The notes under the pieces were generated by a model that was given only the letters and a program-made list of their open reading frames with translations, was not told the origin of the DNA and did no database searches. A stretch of 64,000 nt of DNA from an uncultured Mageeibacillus sp. (GTDB taxonomy: Bacteria > Bacillota > Clostridia > Saccharofermentanales > Saccharofermentanaceae), in contig CAZTXQ010000004.1 of the NCBI GenBank assembly GCA_964617375.1, positions 34,546 to 98,545 on the forward strand, read 5' to 3'. This document shows, piece after piece, positions 37,501-44,527 of the stretch. Position 1 is the first letter of the stretch. The number at the start of each line of letters is the position of its first letter. A program made the position numbers and the translations under genes.

Positions 37501-37533
37501 AGCAAAGCAGCAGTAAGCGGAAAGGGAGCATGA
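34507..37533 (+). CDS. 6-pyruvoyl-tetrahydropterin-synthase-related domain fused to a large polytopic membrane protein (XrtG-cassette component)
   Basis: The RBS is aaaggagcg. Residues 1-115 are PTPS/QueD-like (NASH...HSHTFEI...TNPTLEN). At least 12 TM helices follow, then a roughly 400-aa extracytoplasmic domain and a terminal TM helix with an RKSK tail. Confidence 0.8.
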   Translation: MSFESYKYTFRLNASHSRLNSDDTHSHTFEITLYIRQSESFSEYRETEKRIGDYLNRYTGVLLNNTPPFDRTNPTLENMGEEFFTGISDVLSGVGYQLIRLTISENPQRIYSVNLDDLSPDKLERLKLSKSKIEEAAEVPHKTPDHAGKMPEASIRPETPILDTAPAAVISYVPPKEIRPASGLSFLLSFWLVLIAGFAVMTAVEHSGFYPLGLDIHGHLFKSNLVYNEILKGNWYPLYTEFWYNGLQPFRYWPPMTYYVMAFLQFISGGDVMNAYLGFIWLSCSAGGIGWLLFGKKLGRPVLGAFFGLIWFFFPDNLRVFFGEGNMPRMLITMLLPYLFYFLWSYVAYRRKRWVIPLILLMLVIIFTHLMISAMVGVASALFLLIYAIANKRFKESVLAILAMLFSFAVAGIWVYPSLVGGLTSMASDGTSALMASLSARIYVSLNPFIRLEGGVTELYFGLAIALIALIGVFLSNRKSLPGFMTLLIVILGTTTALTPLIQHLPLSQLFWVRRFTPIAYAFFVIAVLEWRSLKKPIAVALCSVILLDAIPSCDLAAYDFRMNVPATVNSISSTMDDLLITEAKDITKQRVSLMDLSTLGPMPSYAFADVGTRTQYVFGWAWQGAATANNIAYLNESLEKQNYLYLFDRNLELGADTVLIQKLQMKGTGAREKLLKAAEKVGYSLIDETDEMLLFSYPVNGNFGVTTKYSGLAIGSTAALVPGILPSFHPGDKVIIDDYTAAELEQYDMIYLSGFFYRNKADAEKIVREIAAAGVKVYIDMSRIPADPTTQRMTFLDVSAQPITFYDSFPELITESVTTNAAPFAEGYEKWNTVYLTGLSDANGYAWFQDTKLDFVRTDETNNITFLGFNLLFHAYTAGDTAVKAVFDSLMELDEDKLPERTVVPLEIRYETNKIIIESLFDNVNTTIAYQDTFKSDQPIRSVNHFLIVDKGTTVITMEYPYLRQGTIVSAIGIVLEAGVLYLIFRKSKTERTGTASSKAAVSGKGA

Positions 37534-37536
37534 AAC

Positions 37537-38223
37537 ATGAATAAGAAGATGAAAATACTGACGGGGATCATTGCCGCCGCATCCATTCTGGTGACAGGCT
37601 TCCCGGTTCTTGCCGCCTCGCCGGCCGGATCCATCAAGGGCAGCGATGTCATCTATACGGCGGACGCGGTCACGACCGACAAATTGGCCATAACGATCGA
37701 CGGGAGTTTTGAGGATTGGAGCGACAAGCCCGTTTACGAGTTGTTCTGGTCGGAGAGCACCAAGCACCATGTTCAGATTTTCAGGGACGACACCTATGTC
37801 TATCTTCATATCCGTATGAGCGATTCCGGTTATGCTAAGTTCAATGGATATGGTTATTGCTTCAATTTTGACAACAAAGATCATTTTGTTGATGTCGTCG
37901 CTGTGTCCGGCCCTACAGTAAACGGCATCAACGCCTTTGAGATTCGAAGACGCGAGGGAAATAAGCTGATTGACGATGCTCCTGCTTATGTCACCCATAC
38001 CGAAGGTCAGCCGGATGAATGCGAACTTAAGATACCGCTCCGCTTTTTTGACCCGCACCCGGAAAGAGTCACCAGCATTACGTTCACCTGTGACAATCTG
38101 GGCTCGCAGAGTGTAGAGTTTGAAGGAACCTCTACGGGGCCCTATATCATCGCGGGAGCCGGACTTGTTCTCGCGGCCGCCGGAATTTTCGCCTTCACGA
38201 AAAAAAGGAAGATTCGTACATGA
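37537..38223 (+). CDS. small secreted protein with a C-terminal TM plus basic sorting tail (candidate XrtG substrate, Firmicu-CTERM-like)
   Basis: It has a signal peptide (MNKKMKILTGIIAAASILVTGFPVLAAS) and about 170 aa of globular sequence. The C-terminus is ...EGTSTGPYIIAGAGLVLAAAGIFAFTKKRKIRT. Its stop overlaps the xrtG start (ATGA). Confidence 0.7.
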   Translation: MNKKMKILTGIIAAASILVTGFPVLAASPAGSIKGSDVIYTADAVTTDKLAITIDGSFEDWSDKPVYELFWSESTKHHVQIFRDDTYVYLHIRMSDSGYAKFNGYGYCFNFDNKDHFVDVVAVSGPTVNGINAFEIRRREGNKLIDDAPAYVTHTEGQPDECELKIPLRFFDPHPERVTSITFTCDNLGSQSVEFEGTSTGPYIIAGAGLVLAAAGIFAFTKKRKIRT

Positions 38224-38825
38224 ATATCATTACAGTCGTCGCACTCATTGGATGGATTTATCTGATCACGGTGCTCCATCGCGCAAAGCTGCCCTTTTTC
38301 ACCTTTCTTGCGGGAAGCGTCGGACTCTTTATTTTCATGATGGTGCTGCTTCAGGGGTATATAACGGAGCCACTGTCAAAAGCGGTGGCAGCTTCGACAG
38401 GTGTAATCGGGAATCTTACCGGTATGTTCTATTCCTACTACCAGTATTCGCTGATCTTTGTCCGCCACGGGGCGGAATCGATCTCCCTCTATATCGACTA
38501 TGAGTGCTCCGGTGTCATCGAGCTCCTGTCCTTCACGGCGCTTCTCTGGTTCTTCCCTCTTTACAAGATCTCGGAGAAAATCGTGGTCAACATCGTCGGC
38601 ATATTCTGGATTTTTGCTTCAAATATCCTGCGTCTGACGGTCATCTGTACGCTTGTTTATTTTTTCGGCAACGATATCTTTTTCTTCGCGCACGCAATAT
38701 TCGGCCGTATCATATTCTACGGGCTCTCGATCGTCCTCTATTTCTACGTTTTTACACGTTCGCAGATCATTAAACAGAAAGTAGGAAGGTTCGCTTATGG
38801 AAGCGCTGCTCAAGGAAATATTTGA
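38220..38825 (+). CDS. xrtG: exosortase family protein, Gram-positive type (XrtG)
   Basis: 201 aa and polytopic. It carries the exosortase catalytic signature: Cys96 in IDYECSGV (38505-38507), Arg138 in ASNILRLT and His158 in FFAHAIFGR. Confidence 0.8.
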   Translation: MNIITVVALIGWIYLITVLHRAKLPFFTFLAGSVGLFIFMMVLLQGYITEPLSKAVAASTGVIGNLTGMFYSYYQYSLIFVRHGAESISLYIDYECSGVIELLSFTALLWFFPLYKISEKIVVNIVGIFWIFASNILRLTVICTLVYFFGNDIFFFAHAIFGRIIFYGLSIVLYFYVFTRSQIIKQKVGRFAYGSAAQGNI

Positions 38826-40173
38826 ACAGATGATTTTCTGGATGGCGTGGATTATCATCCCGCTGTTCATGGAAATTCTTCCGGCTTTCGGCGGGTTTGT
38901 TTTGCTTGTCAAGAAACGCCTGTCTGCTAAGAAACAGAAGACCCCTTTGCGCGACCCCGAAATCACGCTGATTATTCCCGTGTACAACTCCGCTTCGACG
39001 CTCGAAGGCTGTCTCGAATCTGTCCGCAAATCGAATTATCCGGCCGAACGAATCAATATTTTGCTTGTAAACAACCAGAGCCGCGACAACAGCTTCGAAG
39101 TGTATTGCCGCTGTCAGGAGAAATTCCCCGAACTGTCCATGCAGTGGCTCAAGGCGCGGCAGGGCAAGTCGAAAGCTCTGAATCTGGCACTTTTCAACAG
39201 CGACGGCAAGTATATTATCCACATCGACAGCGACGGTCAGCTTCATCCCATGGCCATCCGGAATATCGTCGAGCGGTTCGAATCCAATCCGCAAATTCAC
39301 TGTCTGACAGGTGTTGTTCTTACCGATCCCGAAATGATTGAAGAGACAGAGAATCCGGCCATGCGGCTCTTCCGCCGCTGCGAGTTTCTCGAATACTGTC
39401 AGGACTTCCTGGCTGGCCGTAATTTCGAATCTGAACTCGACAGCATTTATACGCTCTCGGGGGCGTTCTCGGCTTTCCGGAAATCGACGATTCTTAAGAC
39501 GCAGCTCTATAACACCGACACGGTGTGCGAAGATACACAGGTTACCTTTCAGGTCAGAAAGCTCATGAAAAAGAGCATATATCTCTGTGAGAACGCGTTC
39601 TTTTTTGTCGATCCGATCGAATCCTTAGGGAAGCTCTATACACAGCGGCAGCGTTGGCAGACAGGCGAACTGGAAGTGTCCCACATGTTTCTGCAGGGCG
39701 AATTACGAACCAATGGTTTCTTCTCTGATTTCATGATCCGGCAGCTGACCTATGACCACACGTTCGCATTCCCGCGCATGATCTGGTATTTTGCGCTGAT
39801 CTGCCTTTTGTTCTTCAACTACCCCTTCATATTGATCGCAGGTTCGGTCATGATCCTCTATCTTCTCTACGTTTTTTCCGGTTTCCTTTATTACTTGAAT
39901 ATTATCGGATATCTCAAAGGCTTCCCCGAAATCCGACGTTATTATGCGCGAAAATGGTATATTCTTCCGCTCATGCCGATTTTCAATTTCTACTGTTTCT
40001 GGATCCGCTTCGCCGCGATTATCAACAGTATCGTCAACCGGAGTGGTTGGAAAACAAGCACTTTCAAAGAAGAACGGACGCGGTTCGGCGCTATCTTCAT
40101 GAAGGACTTTTCGCATTTTTACAGTATAATAAATAAGTTGAAGTCGCTTATAAATCGCGAACAAAGTGAGTAA
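38797..40173 (+). CDS. processive family-2 glycosyltransferase (XrtG-associated, cellulose/PNAG-synthase-like)
   Basis: It has the ITLIIPVYN start of the GT-A fold, a DSDG (DxD) motif, CEDTQ, and QRQRWQTGE (the QxxRW processivity motif). TM helices lie at both ends. It overlaps xrtG by 29 nt. Confidence 0.85.
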   Translation: MEALLKEIFEQMIFWMAWIIIPLFMEILPAFGGFVLLVKKRLSAKKQKTPLRDPEITLIIPVYNSASTLEGCLESVRKSNYPAERINILLVNNQSRDNSFEVYCRCQEKFPELSMQWLKARQGKSKALNLALFNSDGKYIIHIDSDGQLHPMAIRNIVERFESNPQIHCLTGVVLTDPEMIEETENPAMRLFRRCEFLEYCQDFLAGRNFESELDSIYTLSGAFSAFRKSTILKTQLYNTDTVCEDTQVTFQVRKLMKKSIYLCENAFFFVDPIESLGKLYTQRQRWQTGELEVSHMFLQGELRTNGFFSDFMIRQLTYDHTFAFPRMIWYFALICLLFFNYPFILIAGSVMILYLLYVFSGFLYYLNIIGYLKGFPEIRRYYARKWYILPLMPIFNFYCFWIRFAAIINSIVNRSGWKTSTFKEERTRFGAIFMKDFSHFYSIINKLKSLINREQSE

Positions 40174-41351
40174 TGGAGTATAGAATGGAAAAGGCAAATC
40201 AAAAGGAAAAAGGCATTCTTCTTGAATTTCTGACGATTGTGACCGTTCTTTTGATCTCGGTCTTTGCCGTTATATTCCTGAACAGCCAAACCGACGCCAT
40301 GACTAAGGGCTTAATAGAAAGTGCGGCAAAGGACAACGAATACACCGTACAAGTAATGGCAGACCGGCTCGCCGCCTCTGCTTCGGACGGCAAAAGTGCG
40401 GTCGAAATTGTTGCGTCGTCCACGCCATCCGGAACCCGGTACTGGTTCCTGTATTCCGCGGATACCTGCCTGTTCGAAAAGAACGCCGAAGTCACATCCG
40501 CATTAGGCGGTCTAACTTTTTCGCAAATCAAGGATTCCTATGTCAGGAGCGGCGGCAGAGGCATCGATACATACATGAGTCTCCTGTCAGCCGGCAACAA
40601 TTTCACGGCGGTGACGCTGAAAGACAGCACCGTCGGAAGCGAGCTTATCAGCGTCAAATTCATCACGATCGGCGGCGAGGTCTATGCTCTGGGCGTCTCC
40701 GTTCTTCAGAGTTATCTGTTGTCGACGGCCCACATGGGTGAGAGAATCTATCTTCTTCGCATACTGACGGTCGCTCTGTGCCTGATCGTTACGGGCGTTA
40801 CCGCCTATTTCGCTTTGTCCACGCGGAAAAAGTCCATTCAAATCCGCGCGCTCAAGTACGACCTTATGAATAAAAATGTTCTGGTGCAGGATCAGGGCGA
40901 GAAACTCTTCGAGTCACAAGCCGGCGATAATGATTTGACGGAAGACGCGCTTACGGGGCTCTATAACGCCGAGTTTTTCAAGACATTTCTCGAAAAGCTT
41001 TCGACAAGAAATGTCCGCGATACCGGATTCATTCTGGTCCGGATTGAGAATCTGAATGAGATTACCTTTGAAAGTGGATATGCGTTTTCGAGCCGCCTCT
41101 TATCGGATACGGCTTCCGGGTTCTTAAAGTTCGCCGGCGAGAAGGATCTGTGCGCGCGTACCGGAAGAAACGAATTCGTAATGGTTAAGATAAACACGAC
41201 CGGAAAATCGACCTGGGATACGGCCAGGAATCTCTTAAAAGAACTGAAAGACTCGAATCCCCAGGCACGGTTCGTCTCGGGTTCCGCCCTGCAGAATCCT
41301 GATATGAGCGTCGATGCCGCTTATGAATCGGCAAGGAAAGGCATGGCTTAG
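40173..41351 (+). CDS. membrane sensor protein with a degenerate GGDEF domain (GRNEF, and no RxxD I-site)
   Basis: The layout is TM, a roughly 160-aa extracytoplasmic domain, TM, then a GGDEF fold (DALTGLYN...). The signature GRNEF lies at 41163-41177, and GEKD lies at 41136-41147 where RxxD is expected. An alternative start is at 40185. Confidence 0.75.
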   Translation: MEYRMEKANQKEKGILLEFLTIVTVLLISVFAVIFLNSQTDAMTKGLIESAAKDNEYTVQVMADRLAASASDGKSAVEIVASSTPSGTRYWFLYSADTCLFEKNAEVTSALGGLTFSQIKDSYVRSGGRGIDTYMSLLSAGNNFTAVTLKDSTVGSELISVKFITIGGEVYALGVSVLQSYLLSTAHMGERIYLLRILTVALCLIVTGVTAYFALSTRKKSIQIRALKYDLMNKNVLVQDQGEKLFESQAGDNDLTEDALTGLYNAEFFKTFLEKLSTRNVRDTGFILVRIENLNEITFESGYAFSSRLLSDTASGFLKFAGEKDLCARTGRNEFVMVKINTTGKSTWDTARNLLKELKDSNPQARFVSGSALQNPDMSVDAAYESARKGMA

Positions 41352-41356
41352 AACAT

Positions 41357-41836
41357 ATGAAATACAGCCAGTATAACTTCAAATTCTATCTAAACGCCAA
41401 TCACGCCATCTGGCTTGGCGGGGTTCTCGGTCAGAACCATCCTCACACCTGGGAAATATCTCTCGATACGATCAAGGTCGGTGACGATTTTGTCCAGTTC
41501 GACCAGATCGAAAAATCCGTGGAGAAGTACTTCGCTGTGTTTCAGGATTCGGACATCAACAAAATCGAGCCGTTTGACACAACAAATCCGACGCTCGAAA
41601 ACTTATGCGGCTATTTCAAAAATGAGCTTGGAAAACTGCTCGGAAATAAAGGATGGCTTCTGGTCAGAATTGAAATGAGCGAGACGCCGACCAGGTCCTA
41701 TATTATTGATCTGACCGACGAAGTCGACGCCATACTGACGGTAAGCCGGCGTGAGCGCGAACTTGCGAGGAACTTCGCAAACGCCGCCGACAACAAGCTC
41801 GACGAGATTCTCGGTTTGAAGGAATCGGGGAAATAA
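41357..41836 (+). CDS. stand-alone PTPS/QueD-like protein, paralog of the N-terminal domain of the 34507 gene
   Basis: It has NANH...HPHTWEI...EPFDTTNPTLENLCGYF, compared with NASH...HSHTFEI...PPFDRTNPTLENMGEEFF in the fusion protein. Confidence 0.75.
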   Translation: MKYSQYNFKFYLNANHAIWLGGVLGQNHPHTWEISLDTIKVGDDFVQFDQIEKSVEKYFAVFQDSDINKIEPFDTTNPTLENLCGYFKNELGKLLGNKGWLLVRIEMSETPTRSYIIDLTDEVDAILTVSRRERELARNFANAADNKLDEILGLKESGK

Positions 41837-42029
41837 GAAAGAATCGCAAGCAGAGTCATCCGCGGGACATGAACAATCCTTTCTAGTCTAAAGAATCGCA
41901 AATAACCAGACTAAATATGGGTCTGTACTAAAAATGAAAGCATCCAGCGTGGGTTATTGATACAGCCTGCCGCAAATCGACTGATTTTGGTTATGAAGCG
42001 GAAATCTGGACTCATGCGAAAATGATAAA

Positions 42030-42364
42030 CCTACTCAATCCGCATCTGAGCGTATTTGGGTAGGTACGCCGGTGCCCTATTACGTTGTTTTTTATCATTG
42101 CGAGCCTACTCAATCCGCACATGAGTGCATTTGGGTAGGTACCCCGGTGTCCCGATGCGATGTTTTTTATCATTGCGAGCCTACTCAATCAGCATCTGAG
42201 TGCATTTGAGTAGGCACGCCAACCACCCGAAGTGCATTTCTTATCATTGATAAGCCTGCTCAATCCGCATCTGAGTGCATTTGAGTAGGTACGCCGGCCT
42301 CCCGAAGCGCGTTTCTTATCATTGATATACCTACTCAATCAGTATCTAAACGCATTTGAGTAGG
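42030..42364. repeat. 4.5 tandem copies of a 75-bp hairpin-containing unit (array A)
   Basis: Copies start at 42030, 42105, 42180, 42255 and 42330. The unit is cctactcaatccgcatctgagtgcatttgagtagg (9-bp arms cctactcaa/ttgagtagg) followed by a conserved 40-nt segment ending in cttatcattgataag. Confidence 0.9.
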
Positions 42365-42366
42365 TT

Positions 42367-42834
42367 GAACTTCTATTCCTTGACGAATGGTCCTGATTCC
42401 CATCAAGCAGGACGATACGCAACTCTTACCCTCCATTGCCTAACGGCGGTATTGTATCCGCCGGACTAAAATCGCCAAAATGCAATGAGTATTGTCTCAC
42501 GGTTTGAATCACCGGAACCCGGCTCATTTTGTCACGAATTACTCAGCTCACACATCTATGCAGACACATGAGTATCTGATAACTATGGCAGGGCGGTTTG
42601 AATTTGTCTTTACACGGATCCTGGTCGAACCTTGTTGAAGGCTTTTTTAGTAAGCTGACGCGACAGATACTTAGAGAAATCAGAGTGGCTGATAAAGAAG
42701 AACGGATCGAACGAATAAACAAGTATTTCGCTGAAATCAACGATTCGCCCATTGTCTACGACTGGAAATACAATATGAGTGAAATCGATGTTGAAGAGGC
42801 TATCAGTCTAGCTAATTCGAAATCGTTATACTAG
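42367..42834 (+). pseudogene. decayed IS630-family (DDE) transposase remnant
   Basis: Fragments sit in different frames: ELLFLDEW (42367-42390), FVTNYSAHTSMQTHEYLITMAGRFEFVFT, then a frameshift into LHGSWSNLVEGFFSKLTRQILREIRV...N.SPIVYDWKY, the typical IS630 C-terminus. A possible N-terminal HTH fragment, DFGYEAEIWTHAKMI, lies at 41983-42027 on the other side of the repeat array. Confidence 0.6.
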
Positions 42835-43049
42835 TCTCCTATATATTCAAATCTTTTCAGTCTTCTCTCGTCGATTTCGATCGTCTCGTTCCACATGCCG
42901 GCGGGTCTTACCCAGATTCCGCCTTCACCGTACATCGCCTGATAAACGACCATTTTTTCGCGGGTCTCCGAATGTGTTGCTGTATAGAGCACAAGGTACT
43001 CGTTTCCTTTGTAGTGCCTGTACCGGCCCGGTTTGATTTCTGTATCCAT
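42831..43049 (-). CDS. DUF1653 domain protein
   Basis: 72 aa. GRYRHYKGNEYLVLYTATHSETREKMVVYQAMYG is the characteristic DUF1653 core. Confidence 0.75.
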   Translation of the reverse strand: MDTEIKPGRYRHYKGNEYLVLYTATHSETREKMVVYQAMYGEGGIWVRPAGMWNETIEIDERRLKRFEYIGD

Positions 43050-43134
43050 GTATCAGAGATCCGCCCTTCGTTTTTCTACAAGTATACAAATATATCTTCC
43101 AAAAAACCACTGTCGTTCTTTGCCACGCGTCTGT

Positions 43135-43163
43135 TTGCACGCTTCTCCGGGCTATGGTATATT
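43135..43163 (+). promoter_or_regulatory. candidate promoter for the cobalamin riboswitch / btu operon
   Basis: TTGCAC (43135-43140), a 17-nt spacer, then TATATT (43158-43163). Confidence 0.45.
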
Positions 43164-43194
43164 TGTCCTGAATGAACCGATGCACAGATGCGCG

Positions 43195-43360
43195 AAAGCG
43201 CCGGCGCCCGACCAAGGTGCCGAGGGAACACGGATGAGATTTCCGGACTATCCCAGTAACCGTGAAGCGGACGAAACGGTATTTAAGTCACTGTCATAAC
43301 GACGGGAAGACGCCGGAGTAGGATGAAGCCAAGCCGGGAGACCTGTATGTGCATGATTTA
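43195..43360 (+). promoter_or_regulatory. cobalamin (B12) riboswitch aptamer
   Basis: It contains GGUGCCGAGGGAACACGG.UGAGAUUUCC, CCCAGUAACCGUGAAG, GUCACUG, GGGAAGAC and the B12-box AAGCCGGGAGACCUG (43330-43345), all in the canonical order. Boundaries are approximate. Confidence 0.8.
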
Positions 43361-43416
43361 CTCCTGGGGATGAGAATTATACATGCGCGCCATTTTTAGC
43401 GGCGTGCTGTTTTGTT

Positions 43417-43443
43417 GCTCCTCCGGTCGGGGGAGCTTTTTTT
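43417..43443 (+). terminator. intrinsic terminator acting as the riboswitch expression platform
   Basis: gctcctcc-ggtc-gggggagc forms 8 bp including one G-U pair, followed by T7. Confidence 0.75.
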
Positions 43444-43495
43444 GCTCCTTCACAAGCGGTTCATGACCCAATATTTTGAAGGAGGAACATTTCCC

Positions 43496-44506
43496 ATGAA
43501 AAAGACTAGGACTTTCACACTTCTTCTCGCCGGAATTCTGGCGCTCTCCCTCAGCACCGGCTGCTCGGCCGGAGCGGCTGCGGACACAACTATTAAGAAT
43601 ACGGCATCCGGCACAACCGCTGCAGCCGTATTGACGGATGCGACCGAAGGCCAGACCGCCGCAGAAACCACCGCAGATTCTTCGGCCGTTAAAGTTACCG
43701 ATATGGCCGGACGCGAGATCGTCCTCGACAAGCCGGCCGGGAAAATCGTCGCCGTCACGGCTTCCGACTGTGAGATTCTGTACGCGATCGGAGCCGGTGA
43801 CAAATTGGTCGGCCGCGGCGAATATTGCGACTACCCGGCGGAAGTCTTAAATCTTCCCTCCGTCGAATCCGGCGCCGAAACCAATGTCGAGCAGATCATT
43901 GCCCTTGACCCCGACGTCGTCATTATGAATTTTATGGCGCAAAGCAAAGAACAGGTTGCCGCTCTCGAAAACGCCGGGATTACGGTTGTCATGAACAACG
44001 CCGTCACGATCGAGGATATCTATACGTCGATCACCCTCTTAGGTGCAATCACTGGCAAGGAGAGCGAAGCGGCCTCCGTCATATCCGATATGAAGTCTGT
44101 TTTCGACAATATCGACCAGAGTTCGGAAAACACCGGAAAAACCGTCTATTTTGAAGTGTCCCCGCTCGAATACGGCCTTTGGACAGCGGGAAAGGGTACC
44201 TTCATGGATGAGATCGCAGGTCTTCTCGGACTGACGAATATTTTCGCCGACGTGGACGGCTGGGGTGAAGTATCCCAGGAACAGGTCATCGAGAGGAACC
44301 CGGACTATATTGTGACGATTGCCATGTACTCCGGCGAAGGGACCAGCCCCGTCGACGAGATCGCCGGCCGCGAAGGCTGGCAGAACATCAGCGCAGTTAA
44401 GAACGGTATGATCTACAATGCGGATTCCAACGAAATCTCGAGACCCGGTCCCCGCATCGCAAATGCTGCGAAGGCTTTTTACGATTTTGTCGAAGCGGCA
44501 GTCTAA
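43496..44506 (+). CDS. BtuF-like (cluster A-II) cobalamin/siderophore-type substrate-binding lipoprotein
   Basis: The RBS gaaggagg precedes the start MKKTRTF. There is a lipobox LSTGC followed by a Thr/Ala-rich linker. It has the periplasmic-binding-protein-2 fold pattern (IVAVTASDCEILYAIGAGDKLVG). Confidence 0.8.
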   Translation: MKKTRTFTLLLAGILALSLSTGCSAGAAADTTIKNTASGTTAAAVLTDATEGQTAAETTADSSAVKVTDMAGREIVLDKPAGKIVAVTASDCEILYAIGAGDKLVGRGEYCDYPAEVLNLPSVESGAETNVEQIIALDPDVVIMNFMAQSKEQVAALENAGITVVMNNAVTIEDIYTSITLLGAITGKESEAASVISDMKSVFDNIDQSSENTGKTVYFEVSPLEYGLWTAGKGTFMDEIAGLLGLTNIFADVDGWGEVSQEQVIERNPDYIVTIAMYSGEGTSPVDEIAGREGWQNISAVKNGMIYNADSNEISRPGPRIANAAKAFYDFVEAAV

Positions 44507-44527
44507 CAGGAAAGGAAGGACATCCGG

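Noticed and set aside
37267-38058. A 263-aa minus-strand ORF across the end of the PTPS-membrane gene and the CTERM-protein gene.
   Set aside because: It is antisense to two tightly coupled plus-strand genes that have clear signal-peptide and TM features. It has no RBS and no family resemblance.
42030-42364. Regularly spaced 35-nt palindromic repeats that superficially look like a CRISPR array (also at 63850-64000).
   Set aside because: The 40-nt sequences between the repeats are themselves conserved from unit to unit, so this is a 75-bp tandem repeat with no unique spacers. No cas genes are present in the window.
43412-43495. The TTG start and a 28-aa N-terminal extension of the BtuF-like ORF.
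   Set aside because: The extension overlaps the riboswitch terminator hairpin and T-tract. The ATG at 43496 has a strong RBS and gives a proper lipoprotein signal peptide.
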